From the IMG/VR virus record IMGVR_UViG_3300037673_000034: a stretch of 33,234 nucleotides of DNA. One strand, written 5' to 3'. This document shows positions 25,050 through 32,020 of this stretch, piece by piece (within the stretch, counting starts at the first letter, position 1; every line of letters starts with the position of its first letter). The notes under the pieces were generated by a model. That model had not been told where the DNA came from. It made no database searches and was given only the letters and a program-made list of their open reading frames with translations. The DNA comes from a virus. A program made the position numbers and the translations under genes.

Positions 25050-25243
25050 TTTTATCTCTCCTTATAAGTAAATTCAGTCAGATAATTATCTTAGCTGATT
25101 TTAATAAAATAAACAAAGAAATTCTTAAATTTTTTATCTCTACTTGGGATAATTTAATTTGCTTGCTCAGGGGGATACCTTCGCAGATTTTGTTAACATC
25201 CTTGCTAATCTGTATCATAGTTTTTGTTAACAAATTGTTAACA
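24921..25243. repeat. Cluster of six perfect TGTTAACA palindromes
   Basis: At 24921, 24932, 24950, 25191, 25225 and 25236; most are preceded by TTT; two pairs are 11 bp apart. Confidence 0.85.
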
Positions 25244-25272
25244 TCCTTGTTATTGTTTAGCATAGTCATCAA
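25078..25272 (-). CDS. Possible small hypothetical protein (contains three of the repeats)
   Basis: Fills the gap in the operon, but the composition may be driven by the DNA repeats. Confidence 0.35.
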   Translation of the reverse strand: MMTMLNNNKDVNNLLTKTMIQISKDVNKICEGIPLSKQIKLSQVEIKNLRISLFILLKSAKIII

Positions 25273-25672
25273 TCCTCCTGAATCTTATAACGATAAATGG
25301 TTCTGGTGCCAACTCTAACAACTGATACTTAGAGAAAAACCATTCATCCATCTCATCTGAATTCTTGAACCCATCTCGCCTTGATAGTTCCTCCTCTTCT
25401 TCAATCGTCAGAAAGTGTCTGTAATCACTATCTGGCTCAGGAGCGGTAAGCTTATCCGGCACGAACCATAATAAAAATAAATCCGTGATCTCCGCATCAA
25501 AGAGCTTTTCACACTCTTTCGTTCTCTGTTTCCAGTAGATCTGGAGTTTCCGTCCTTCTTCTTTCGCTTTGAGAAGTTGTTTCCACCTGTACTCTGAAAA
25601 TGGACGGATTGTTTGATCCTTCTCCCCCGACAGCAGTTTGTCCTTGAAAATTGAGAATGAAATTGCGACCAT
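25250..25672 (-). CDS. ASCH-domain protein
   Basis: F..F.DKLLSGEKDQTIR and RRDGFKNSDEMDEWF ASCH signatures. Confidence 0.85.
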   Translation of the reverse strand: MVAISFSIFKDKLLSGEKDQTIRPFSEYRWKQLLKAKEEGRKLQIYWKQRTKECEKLFDAEITDLFLLWFVPDKLTAPEPDSDYRHFLTIEEEEELSRRDGFKNSDEMDEWFFSKYQLLELAPEPFIVIRFRRIDDYAKQ

Positions 25673-26217
25673 TATTGATCTACCCTGTACCTCTCGTTCA
25701 ATCTTTCAATTTCATCGAGGACGGCAACAACATCTCTGTATCTGACATCTCCCATCGTTGCAATGAACTTCCTGAGAGCATGCTTTTCATTCGCCTTCCT
25801 TGCTTTATCGATTGCATCCAGAACAGCCCTGATGTCTCTCTTTCTCAGGTTAGTTTTTCCATAGATCAGGGCCTCCAGATCCTCCCTCTTGAAGGCGTAG
25901 TTTATCTTCGTTAGCTCATCGCTTATTTTCCGCAAGATCTGGACAGCCTCCTCTACCATTGAGCCGTATCTCGTTATCTCTTCATATGTTGTCTCTTTCT
26001 GTAATGGTTCCTCTTTGAGCGGGCAGCCTTCTAAAAACTCGATCAGGATTATCTCCCCAGTAGCGAGACAAACCTCTTTGTCTCCATTCATATTAGCGAT
26101 GCCGAAATATTTGCAGTTGTTACATCCAAAGATCTCTACCTTAACTCTCCCATCAACTTCTTCCACTTCTTCCCCTATCTCCTCAAACTCCCCATTCTCA
26201 ACAACTAAATCCTCCAT
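25672..26217 (-). CDS. Hypothetical protein with CxxC..C..C motif and helical C-terminus
   Basis: Start ATG 26217 after GGAGGTG; GCNNCKYF...C...GCP. Confidence 0.75.
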   Translation of the reverse strand: MEDLVVENGEFEEIGEEVEEVDGRVKVEIFGCNNCKYFGIANMNGDKEVCLATGEIILIEFLEGCPLKEEPLQKETTYEEITRYGSMVEEAVQILRKISDELTKINYAFKREDLEALIYGKTNLRKRDIRAVLDAIDKARKANEKHALRKFIATMGDVRYRDVVAVLDEIERLNERYRVDQ

Positions 26218-26221
26218 AACC

Positions 26222-26458
26222 TTACACCTCCTCCTCAAAAAATTCATCAAGAGATTCGTTGAGGTGTCCCACTGGATCCAAGTTAATCTCGAAAACAGAT
26301 CCCTTCTTCAGAGTTTTCAGGACCTCTTTTAAGGCATCCTTGCTCTTTGCTGTGATGGTAAGCGTGAATTTTGCCGAGCCGTTTCCTTCCAGTTTAGCTT
26401 TGAGCTTTCTTCCCTTCAAAGAATCTTCTGCTGACAGAGATTTCAAGGTTAGATACAT
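26222..26458 (-). CDS. Small protein with C-terminal PIP-like motif (NESLDEFF)
   Basis: Directly downstream of PCNA; GGAGGGG RBS. Confidence 0.75.
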   Translation of the reverse strand: MYLTLKSLSAEDSLKGRKLKAKLEGNGSAKFTLTITAKSKDALKEVLKTLKKGSVFEINLDPVGHLNESLDEFFEEEV

Positions 26459-26469
26459 GTTACCCCTCC

Positions 26470-27213
26470 TTATCCCTCCGCTTCAATCCTCGGAGCTAGG
26501 ATGTATGTAACATAGGCATCGCCGGAGCCATCATCCTCGTCGAGGAAGAAGGTAAACTTCCCAGGATAGTTCGTGCCCAGATCTATCGTTACAATATCTC
26601 CACCAACCTTGACGAATTCTGCTACATACTCTAAGGAGAAGAGACTCCTCGCCTTGGATCCAACCTCTATCCCTGAGTCGTAAACAAGCTTTTCCAGGTC
26701 ACCCTCTGCAATGGCAAGAAACTTCTTGTTCGTCTCGAGAGAGATGTGTTCTGTTAGTTTGTTCGCAGCTTTTATGAAGTTGCTGAACTCTTTGAGGTTA
26801 AGCTCAACTTCAACTGGTAAATTCAGGTTGGGCTCCTTGGGTTCCTTCCTGATTGCGTTAAGGTCGATTAAAGAGAGGGCATACTCTAATTTCCCTGATT
26901 CAAGAATGAATTCACCATCTCTCGAATCGATGCTTACCGTATCATCGTTCTTCAGCATTTTAGAGAAGTCGAACAGCCTTGGAACATCGATACCATACAC
27001 ATTTTCTGCTCCTGGACCGGTTGCTCCCAGCGGCAAATCATAACTCTCGAAGCTTGAGGATGGAATTTCAATTATGCACATGCAAATGTTCGCCTGATCT
27101 ACAACCCTAACACTCAAACCATCTTCTCCAAACCTGAACCTCGCTTCGTTAACGAAGGGGTTCAGGGCTTTTAATATCGATTTGAGAAGCTTAGCCTTGA
27201 TTACAACCTCCAT
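26470..27213 (-). CDS. pcn: DNA polymerase sliding clamp (PCNA)
   Basis: EARF.F...GL.VR.VD.AN..M, LID..AIRKEP..P.L.LP (interdomain loop), ARS.FS..Y..EF, LGTNYP, YILAPRIE; full length 247 aa. Confidence 0.96.
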   Translation of the reverse strand: MEVVIKAKLLKSILKALNPFVNEARFRFGEDGLSVRVVDQANICMCIIEIPSSSFESYDLPLGATGPGAENVYGIDVPRLFDFSKMLKNDDTVSIDSRDGEFILESGKLEYALSLIDLNAIRKEPKEPNLNLPVEVELNLKEFSNFIKAANKLTEHISLETNKKFLAIAEGDLEKLVYDSGIEVGSKARSLFSLEYVAEFVKVGGDIVTIDLGTNYPGKFTFFLDEDDGSGDAYVTYILAPRIEAEG

Positions 27214-27225
27214 AACATCACCTCC

Positions 27226-27777
27226 TTAAAATTTTAAAAAATCAGACATCGGCTTCAGATCCTTAACAGGAATCACATAAGCAGGACTTTTGATGTCCCT
27301 CCTCACAGTGTAATTTGCAATCTTCTTCGCATGAATCCATCCGATTAAAACAACCTGAGTGAGCTCGAAGTTGGTAGCAGCGAAAACAACAATATAATTG
27401 TAATCCTCTTTCTGATCGTACTGATTCTTGTTGTAAAATAGATTCGGTGTTTTCATGCTTATAGGATCCTTGAGGGTGGCAGTTTTAACCTCTACGGGAA
27501 TCTGCCTCGATTTTAGGATTATTATGAAATCATCCTGCTCATCGAGAGTTGAATAGTCATCCCGGAAGGGTACATGCTTAACCGGGATTCCGTTGTCGAG
27601 GCAGAAGCGGAAGAAAGCGAGTTCACCCATCTTCCCCTGCATGTGCTTTACAAGCCCACCGTTGCCGAATCTTGACTTCATTCCATTGCTGAACGATGCA
27701 AAAACAGTCTTGCCAGCGTAGTAAGCTGCATCCTGGATGAACTTGTCGGTTACAGGGATGCTTACTGGTTCAGGCAT
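27226..27777 (-). CDS. PD-(D/E)xK restriction-endonuclease-like nuclease
   Basis: GKMGELAF ... DD(F) ... VEVKT catalytic pattern and the later VLIGW motif. Confidence 0.75.
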   Translation of the reverse strand: MPEPVSIPVTDKFIQDAAYYAGKTVFASFSNGMKSRFGNGGLVKHMQGKMGELAFFRFCLDNGIPVKHVPFRDDYSTLDEQDDFIIILKSRQIPVEVKTATLKDPISMKTPNLFYNKNQYDQKEDYNYIVVFAATNFELTQVVLIGWIHAKKIANYTVRRDIKSPAYVIPVKDLKPMSDFLKF

Positions 27778-27782
27778 CGGAA

Positions 27783-27908
27783 TCAGCCCTCATGATCCTC
27801 AACAGCAATACCCATCTTTTCCAGAAACTCATCTATCTCTCTGAGCAGCTCTTCTATCTGCTTCAATTCGAGTTCGATGTCTTCAACTGAAATCTCATCG
27901 ATCTCCAT
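27783..27908 (-). CDS. 41-aa acidic coiled-coil microprotein
   Basis: MEIDEISVEDIELELKQIEELLREIDEFLEK; GGAGTGA RBS. Confidence 0.65.
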   Translation of the reverse strand: MEIDEISVEDIELELKQIEELLREIDEFLEKMGIAVEDHEG

Positions 27909-27912
27909 GCTA

Positions 27913-28002
27913 TCACTCCGGATCCAGAATCTCACCGCAATTACAGCAAACTTTGAAATCCTGCATGTGTTCAAAACAGACAGAACCGCATCTTGGGCAC
28001 AT
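27913..28002 (-). CDS. 29-aa Zn-ribbon microprotein (not in ORF track)
   Basis: MCPRCGSVCFEHMQDFKVCCNCGEILDPE; AGGTGA RBS. Confidence 0.7.
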   Translation of the reverse strand: MCPRCGSVCFEHMQDFKVCCNCGEILDPE

Positions 28003-28010
28003 GATGTCAC

Positions 28011-28313
28011 CTATCTCCCTTCAACCCAGCAAGCTGGTTTCGGGTGGGGTGAGTGAGCGGTGACGGCAGACGGAAAGGGGGGTGATTGAGCAGAAATTTG
28101 AGCAGAACTCCCGCCAGCTGCCGGGTGCATCAAGTTCTCTCCATGAGTCCATGGGTGTTCAGCTTCTCCATAGATCCATGCTCGTGCAAACCTCTGAAAT
28201 CGCCTTCTACTTCTCCATTGATGCCTGACATCGCAGATCTTCATCTCGTCTCTTCTGAGGTGATTGAGGATCCAGAATTTTCTCTGCCCAGAAAAGAATC
28301 TCAGGCAGTACAT
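28011..28313 (-). CDS. Hypothetical protein (100 aa)
   Basis: ATG overlaps the upstream stop (TGATG); no recognisable motif. Confidence 0.45.
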   Translation of the reverse strand: MYCLRFFSGQRKFWILNHLRRDEMKICDVRHQWRSRRRFQRFARAWIYGEAEHPWTHGENLMHPAAGGSSAQISAQSPPFPSAVTAHSPHPKPACWVEGR

Positions 28314-28939
28314 CAGCCCTCCACCTTCCATGGTTTGCCGATTGTTTCAGCTTCAATTCTGAGCTTGTTTCTGTTCTCTTCCCTCAGATAACCGTCTGAC
28401 ATCTTCACAGCTATGAGCTGTCTTCCTATTCTACGAATCTCTGCATCGAATTCAACATGAGCGAAAACCCTGATAAGACCTGCAGCTTGATTAGATGTAA
28501 GCTGTAAACCAAACTCTTCAGCCTTCTCAACCAAGTCTTTTGTCGTGAACTCTTCTGGTAAAGCATCGTATAGTTCCTTGACTTTGGAGAATGGGAAGTG
28601 GAAAGTGGAGCTATTGAGTTTGTATTTTACTATAATCTGGTCGTTCTTTTTGTCCACGATGTATTCGTAATTATTATGAGTGTCTACTACAGGCTCAAGG
28701 TCAGTTTTCTTTATGTGTTTCTTTCGCTCCCGTCTGGTTTCTTTTACTTCTGTTTCTGTTGTCTCCTGGATCTCAGTTTTGTTTTCCTCTATGTTTTCTT
28801 TAATCTTTTCCGTTCGTTCTGATGGCTCATTTTTCCGCTGCAGATGATCGATGAACTGTTTTGCTATGTCGTAAGCCTTCTCGTCAATCATAACAGCAAT
28901 AACATAGGTATATTTCATCGTTTCAGCCGAAAGTTCCAT
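28313..28939 (-). CDS. Hypothetical protein, possible C-terminal winged helix
   Basis: Charged linker then FTTKDLVEKAEEFGL..TSNQAAGLIRVF. Confidence 0.75.
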   Translation of the reverse strand: MELSAETMKYTYVIAVMIDEKAYDIAKQFIDHLQRKNEPSERTEKIKENIEENKTEIQETTETEVKETRRERKKHIKKTDLEPVVDTHNNYEYIVDKKNDQIIVKYKLNSSTFHFPFSKVKELYDALPEEFTTKDLVEKAEEFGLQLTSNQAAGLIRVFAHVEFDAEIRRIGRQLIAVKMSDGYLREENRNKLRIEAETIGKPWKVEG

Positions 28940-29047
28940 TTAAAACACCCCATGCTGTAATCGCCATAGAAATCACTTTGGCAGTCACATACCAGCTTCT
29001 CACCCATACCACTATGTCAAACGATCCTGATCCTCTACGCAACTCCC

Positions 29048-29173
29048 TCACCTCGTATAATCGTCGCAGTACATCACGGCGGTTGTAGGATAGCTGTGTT
29101 TCAGGCAGAAAGAGCCCTTGAAGAACTGGCAGGATCCACAGCAATTGGCAGGCTTGAAGTTAGGCGGAATCAC
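29048..29173 (-). CDS. 41-aa Cys/His microprotein (not in ORF track)
   Basis: (M)IPPNFKPANCCGSCQFFKGSFCLKHSYPTTAVMYCDDYTR; GTGA overlap with the upstream stop. Confidence 0.65.
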   Translation of the reverse strand: MIPPNFKPANCCGSCQFFKGSFCLKHSYPTTAVMYCDDYTR

Positions 29174-29349
29174 AGCTCCTCCCTCCTCAAATAATTGTCT
29201 AAAAAATTCTTGATCGCTGGAACATTGCTGAAGTTACTCTCAAGGAAGTTTCTTATCTCTGCCAGGCACAAAGATCCAGCAGGAAATTCGCTGCTCTCTA
29301 TCCTCATGGACTCGTAGTTGCCGAGGTTGATCGTAAAACCGATCTTCAT
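29170..29349 (-). CDS. 59-aa microprotein (not in ORF track)
   Basis: MKIGFTINLGNYESMRIE..., a motif seen in phage small proteins; ATGA overlap and GGAGGTG RBS. Confidence 0.75.
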   Translation of the reverse strand: MKIGFTINLGNYESMRIESSEFPAGSLCLAEIRNFLESNFSNVPAIKNFLDNYLRREEL

Positions 29350-29516
29350 TCTCCACCTCCGTTACTGATCCTGCAGATCTCCTTCATGATGGAATCCTTG
29401 ATAGCCTCAATGACCTCTCGTTCATGGTCCATTTCCAGAGCAGCGAGCTTTGTCTGGGCATCGACGAGGAGCTTTAATGCCTCAGCAGCTACTATCATCT
29501 TTCGAGAGTCGATCAT
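29346..29516 (-). CDS. 56-aa helical microprotein (not in ORF track)
   Basis: MIDSRKMIVAAEALKLL...; ATGA overlap with the upstream stop. Confidence 0.7.
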   Translation of the reverse strand: MIDSRKMIVAAEALKLLVDAQTKLAALEMDHEREVIEAIKDSIMKEICRISNGGGE

Positions 29517-29902
29517 GGAAACACCTCCAGAGTTGCCTGCTTGCTCGCTGTAGCTAACGCATCGACAAGAGAACCCATCTTCTGCTCTCTAGGGCAAGGC
29601 GAGATCGTTGCATAAGGACAGCAAGGAGAACAGCAGTAAGCATCAGGGCAACCATCGTCTGAATGATAGAAAACAGGTCTACCACAGTTCTTACAGCGGA
29701 CCTCTCCTTCTCGCAGCGTTGGATACTTCTTCAGGTTCTTGTTGTATTCTCTGTGGGCTTTAAGCCTGAGTTTTTCTATCCGTGAGTTCAGCTTTTCCCT
29801 GAAATCAAGGTTTGTAACATACTTGCGGTAGCATACGGGCCCGATGCCCTTGCGGACGCTGTCGGGGTTGCTAAGCGGTTTGCCACAGATGCCGCACCTC
29901 AT
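29513..29902 (-). CDS. DUF6011-like Zn-finger protein with C-terminal PIP box
   Basis: CGICGKPL...S...GIGPVC; a second Cys cluster; ends KQATLEVFP. Confidence 0.82.
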   Translation of the reverse strand: MRCGICGKPLSNPDSVRKGIGPVCYRKYVTNLDFREKLNSRIEKLRLKAHREYNKNLKKYPTLREGEVRCKNCGRPVFYHSDDGCPDAYCCSPCCPYATISPCPREQKMGSLVDALATASKQATLEVFP

Positions 29903-29903
29903 T

Positions 29904-30197
29904 TTAACCCTCCGTCAAGAAAAACTCCCTCAGCTTTGTGTCAGCTTCCCTGATCTTCTCGATGATAGCATCGAGGTCTGTGCCGTTGTAGGTTATGGTC
30001 CAGCCGTAGCTTCCCTTCTGGCCTCTCGATACCTCGATCTTGAGCTCCGGCTGCTTTGGGTGGGTGTAGTGATCGTGGCGGATTGTTTGGCTGGGGATAA
30101 GGTTTGAAGAGATGTTGATCTGCGGGAGTTGAGGAGGTATATCTGAATCCGTTGTATCCGTTATGTTGAGTTTAGGATGGAGTTCGCTCTCAGGCAT
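29904..30197 (-). CDS. Hypothetical protein
   Basis: KIEVSRGQKGSYGWTITY beta-hairpin plus helix; GGAGG RBS. Confidence 0.7.
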   Translation of the reverse strand: MPESELHPKLNITDTTDSDIPPQLPQINISSNLIPSQTIRHDHYTHPKQPELKIEVSRGQKGSYGWTITYNGTDLDAIIEKIREADTKLREFFLTEG

Positions 30198-30371
30198 GTG
30201 CCTCGACCTCCTGCTGAAACTTCTCTACTTCCTTGCTCAGGTTGACCAGCTCTTCCCACTCTGCATCGATCGGCCCTACGGGCATTGAGTTGGGTTGTCA
30301 ATCGTCCTGACGATCAGGAAGCATGGCTCGTCTGGGTTGCAGACCTCGCAGGAGAAGACTTTCCGGTCCAT
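30190..30371 (-). pseudogene. Frame-broken Cys-rich microprotein (31 aa to TAG 30276; 60 aa if C3 is read as C4)
   Basis: MDRKVFSCEVCNPDEPCFLIVRTIDNPTQCP*. The -1 frame continues VGPIDAEWEELVNLSKEVEKFQQEVEAHA* and overlaps the next ATG. Confidence 0.55.
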
Positions 30372-30373
30372 GA

Positions 30374-30580
30374 TTAGACCTCCTTGGTGACGGTTTCTTT
30401 TTTATCTCCCCCGTGGGGGTGTTCGACAACCAAAACAGATTTATATTCCTCAATGAGCTTTCTAATCGCTGTTCTAACTGCGTCACTAACATTCATAAAA
30501 TAACCCTCTTTGGTTAGCCTCTGAAGAGCCTTAAGATCGCCCTCGGAGATCCTCACATTCACATACTTGTCATCAACCAC
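30374..30580 (-). CDS. RHH transcriptional regulator (Cro-like position, first gene of leftward operon)
   Basis: YVNVRISEGDL..L..L.KEGYFMNVSDAVRTAIRKL; GAGGTGA RBS. Confidence 0.9.
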   Translation of the reverse strand: MVDDKYVNVRISEGDLKALQRLTKEGYFMNVSDAVRTAIRKLIEEYKSVLVVEHPHGGDKKETVTKEV

Positions 30581-30798
30581 TGTTTTATCACCTCGTTATT
30601 TCTTTGTTATTGTGATGTAATAGCTCATTATATTTAAATTTTGCTATTGTGCTGTTATTGTTACATTATTACTGGAATAGTGATACAATCATGAAGCTAT
30701 CGTGAGGTTATTCTAAAAAATATAGGAATAAAAAGCCCAAAAATACTCCTTGAAAAACCGCAGTAATTTTAAATACTACACTATCGTTTTACTATTGC
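30581..30798. promoter_or_regulatory. Divergent promoter / operator region (lysis-lysogeny switch)
   Basis: Leftward TTTAAATA at about 30638-30631 and rightward TTTAAATA at 30768-30775 (24 nt before ATG 30799). TATT(G) sites at 11-bp spacing. Confidence 0.75.
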
Positions 30799-31068
30799 AT
30801 GACAAAACCATTACAAAAAACAGAATACGAACGAAAATCAGTCTACATCAATGTCTCTCTTTCACCTATATTGAAAAGCGAACTCGAACAATTAGTTAAT
30901 CAAGGATATTTCTCTAATGTATCAGATGCGGTGAGATATGCAATCCACGACATGCTCGCTAAATTCAGGGCAGAAGGAAAACTCAAACCCAAAAAACCAC
31001 CAGAGACCGCAGAGGAACGAGTGAAAAATGCAACTTATGCAGGAAGTAAGGAAGTTGAGGTTGATTAG
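30799..31068 (+). CDS. RHH transcriptional regulator (repressor-like position)
   Basis: VYINVSLSPILKSELEQLVNQGYFSNVSDAVRYAIHDML. Confidence 0.9.
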   Translation: MTKPLQKTEYERKSVYINVSLSPILKSELEQLVNQGYFSNVSDAVRYAIHDMLAKFRAEGKLKPKKPPETAEERVKNATYAGSKEVEVD

Positions 31069-31086
31069 GTCTTGGAGGTGGTTTGT

Positions 31087-31665
31087 TTGGAAGTCCCCCC
31101 AGAAATATCTGAGAATTTGTATCCTGAGGAGAAAGTCCTCTATTGTATAAAAAAGAAATTGAGAACAGATCTAAAGCCAAAATTTCTAGCAGTAACGGAT
31201 AGGAGAGTTCTGTACTTAGATCAAAAATTACTGGGCAGATACGATCTCGAAGATATTCCTTATGAGAAATTGGAATTTGTCCACTACAAGAAGGGTAAGA
31301 TAGGAGCTGAATTTGATATAAAGAGAGAAGACGGCTCGAAATTAAAATTGAGTTGGATGGATAGAAAAGAGGCAACCGAAGCTATAGAAGCAATTAAAGA
31401 CGCCCTAAATGCTATTGCTGTTGAACCGGTGAGTATAAAGAAAAAGAAGGGTCTGATCGGAGAGAAAATGAGCATAGCTAAGCCAAAAGAGATTGTAACT
31501 AGAACTCTACCCATGACCACTGTGGTAGAGAAAACAATTAGTGGATCTATGGAATCTGAAGATCCCCTCGATAAATTAAAGAAACTTAAGGAGCTACATG
31601 AGGCTAGAATTCTGACAGATGAAGAATTTGAGGAAAAGAAGAGAGCTTTGTTGGATAAAATTTGA
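31087..31665 (+). CDS. Bacterial-type PH-domain protein with C-terminal SHOCT domain
   Basis: LAVTDRRVLY......EDIPYEKLE.V PH motif; DPLDKLKKLKELHEARILTDEEFEEKKRALL SHOCT. TTG 31087 follows GGAGGTG. Confidence 0.85.
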   Translation: MEVPPEISENLYPEEKVLYCIKKKLRTDLKPKFLAVTDRRVLYLDQKLLGRYDLEDIPYEKLEFVHYKKGKIGAEFDIKREDGSKLKLSWMDRKEATEAIEAIKDALNAIAVEPVSIKKKKGLIGEKMSIAKPKEIVTRTLPMTTVVEKTISGSMESEDPLDKLKKLKELHEARILTDEEFEEKKRALLDKI

Positions 31666-31672
31666 ATCAAAA

Positions 31673-32014
31673 ATGGTGCTTCTCCCAATTATCGGATCCA
31701 ACCCTCGAAAGTGGATGCGTATTGTGATAAGGGCAGTCGAGAATAGATGGTTTGATGAGTTCGGGGAGTTCTACACTTATGTTATCAAGAACGCTGAGAT
31801 CGTTGAAGTAGTTGATGAGGAAAAACTTGTTGATGACATCAGAAGGAGCGTTATAACATGGCTGGATGAAGGGCACTCGATTGATGAGTTGAAGGAGCAA
31901 ATTGCAATCAGTTATGGGATCCCTGAGAAGTTCATTGACTTAATTTTGGATAGGGTCAAATACGAATTAGGGCTTGTTGAGATGAACGATATGTTGATTG
32001 AGCCTGATTTTTGA
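31673..32014 (+). CDS. Hypothetical protein
   Basis: Operonic spacing; start ATG 31673 or the downstream Met is more likely than 31619. Confidence 0.65.
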   Translation: MVLLPIIGSNPRKWMRIVIRAVENRWFDEFGEFYTYVIKNAEIVEVVDEEKLVDDIRRSVITWLDEGHSIDELKEQIAISYGIPEKFIDLILDRVKYELGLVEMNDMLIEPDF

Positions 32015-32020
32015 GGTGGT

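Noticed and set aside
25077-25081. CTGAC box upstream of the 171-aa gene
   Set aside because: Only 28 nt from the ATG instead of 35-36, and it coincides with a TGA stop; not counted in the regulon.
24921-25243. Mini-CRISPR array
   Set aside because: Repeats are only 8-11 bp with irregular spacing. No CRISPR-sized repeat-spacer structure or cas gene was seen anywhere in the window.
27783-28010. Single 75-aa ORF in the track
   Set aside because: Better explained as a 29-aa Zn ribbon in another frame plus a 41-aa ORF, each with its own RBS.
28923-29144. 73-aa minus-strand ORF in the track
   Set aside because: Overlaps the better-supported 41-aa Cys/His ORF. A shorter product in 28923-29050 is possible but I cannot choose a frame.
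29904-29935. PIP-like DTKLREFF at the end of the 97-aa protein
   Set aside because: Lacks the Gln and fits an ordinary amphipathic helix; too weak to count.
30276-30278. Pyrrolysine read-through of TAG
   Set aside because: The in-frame continuation (GRSMQSGKSWST*) looks non-coding while the -1 frame looks natural; no pyl context is visible.
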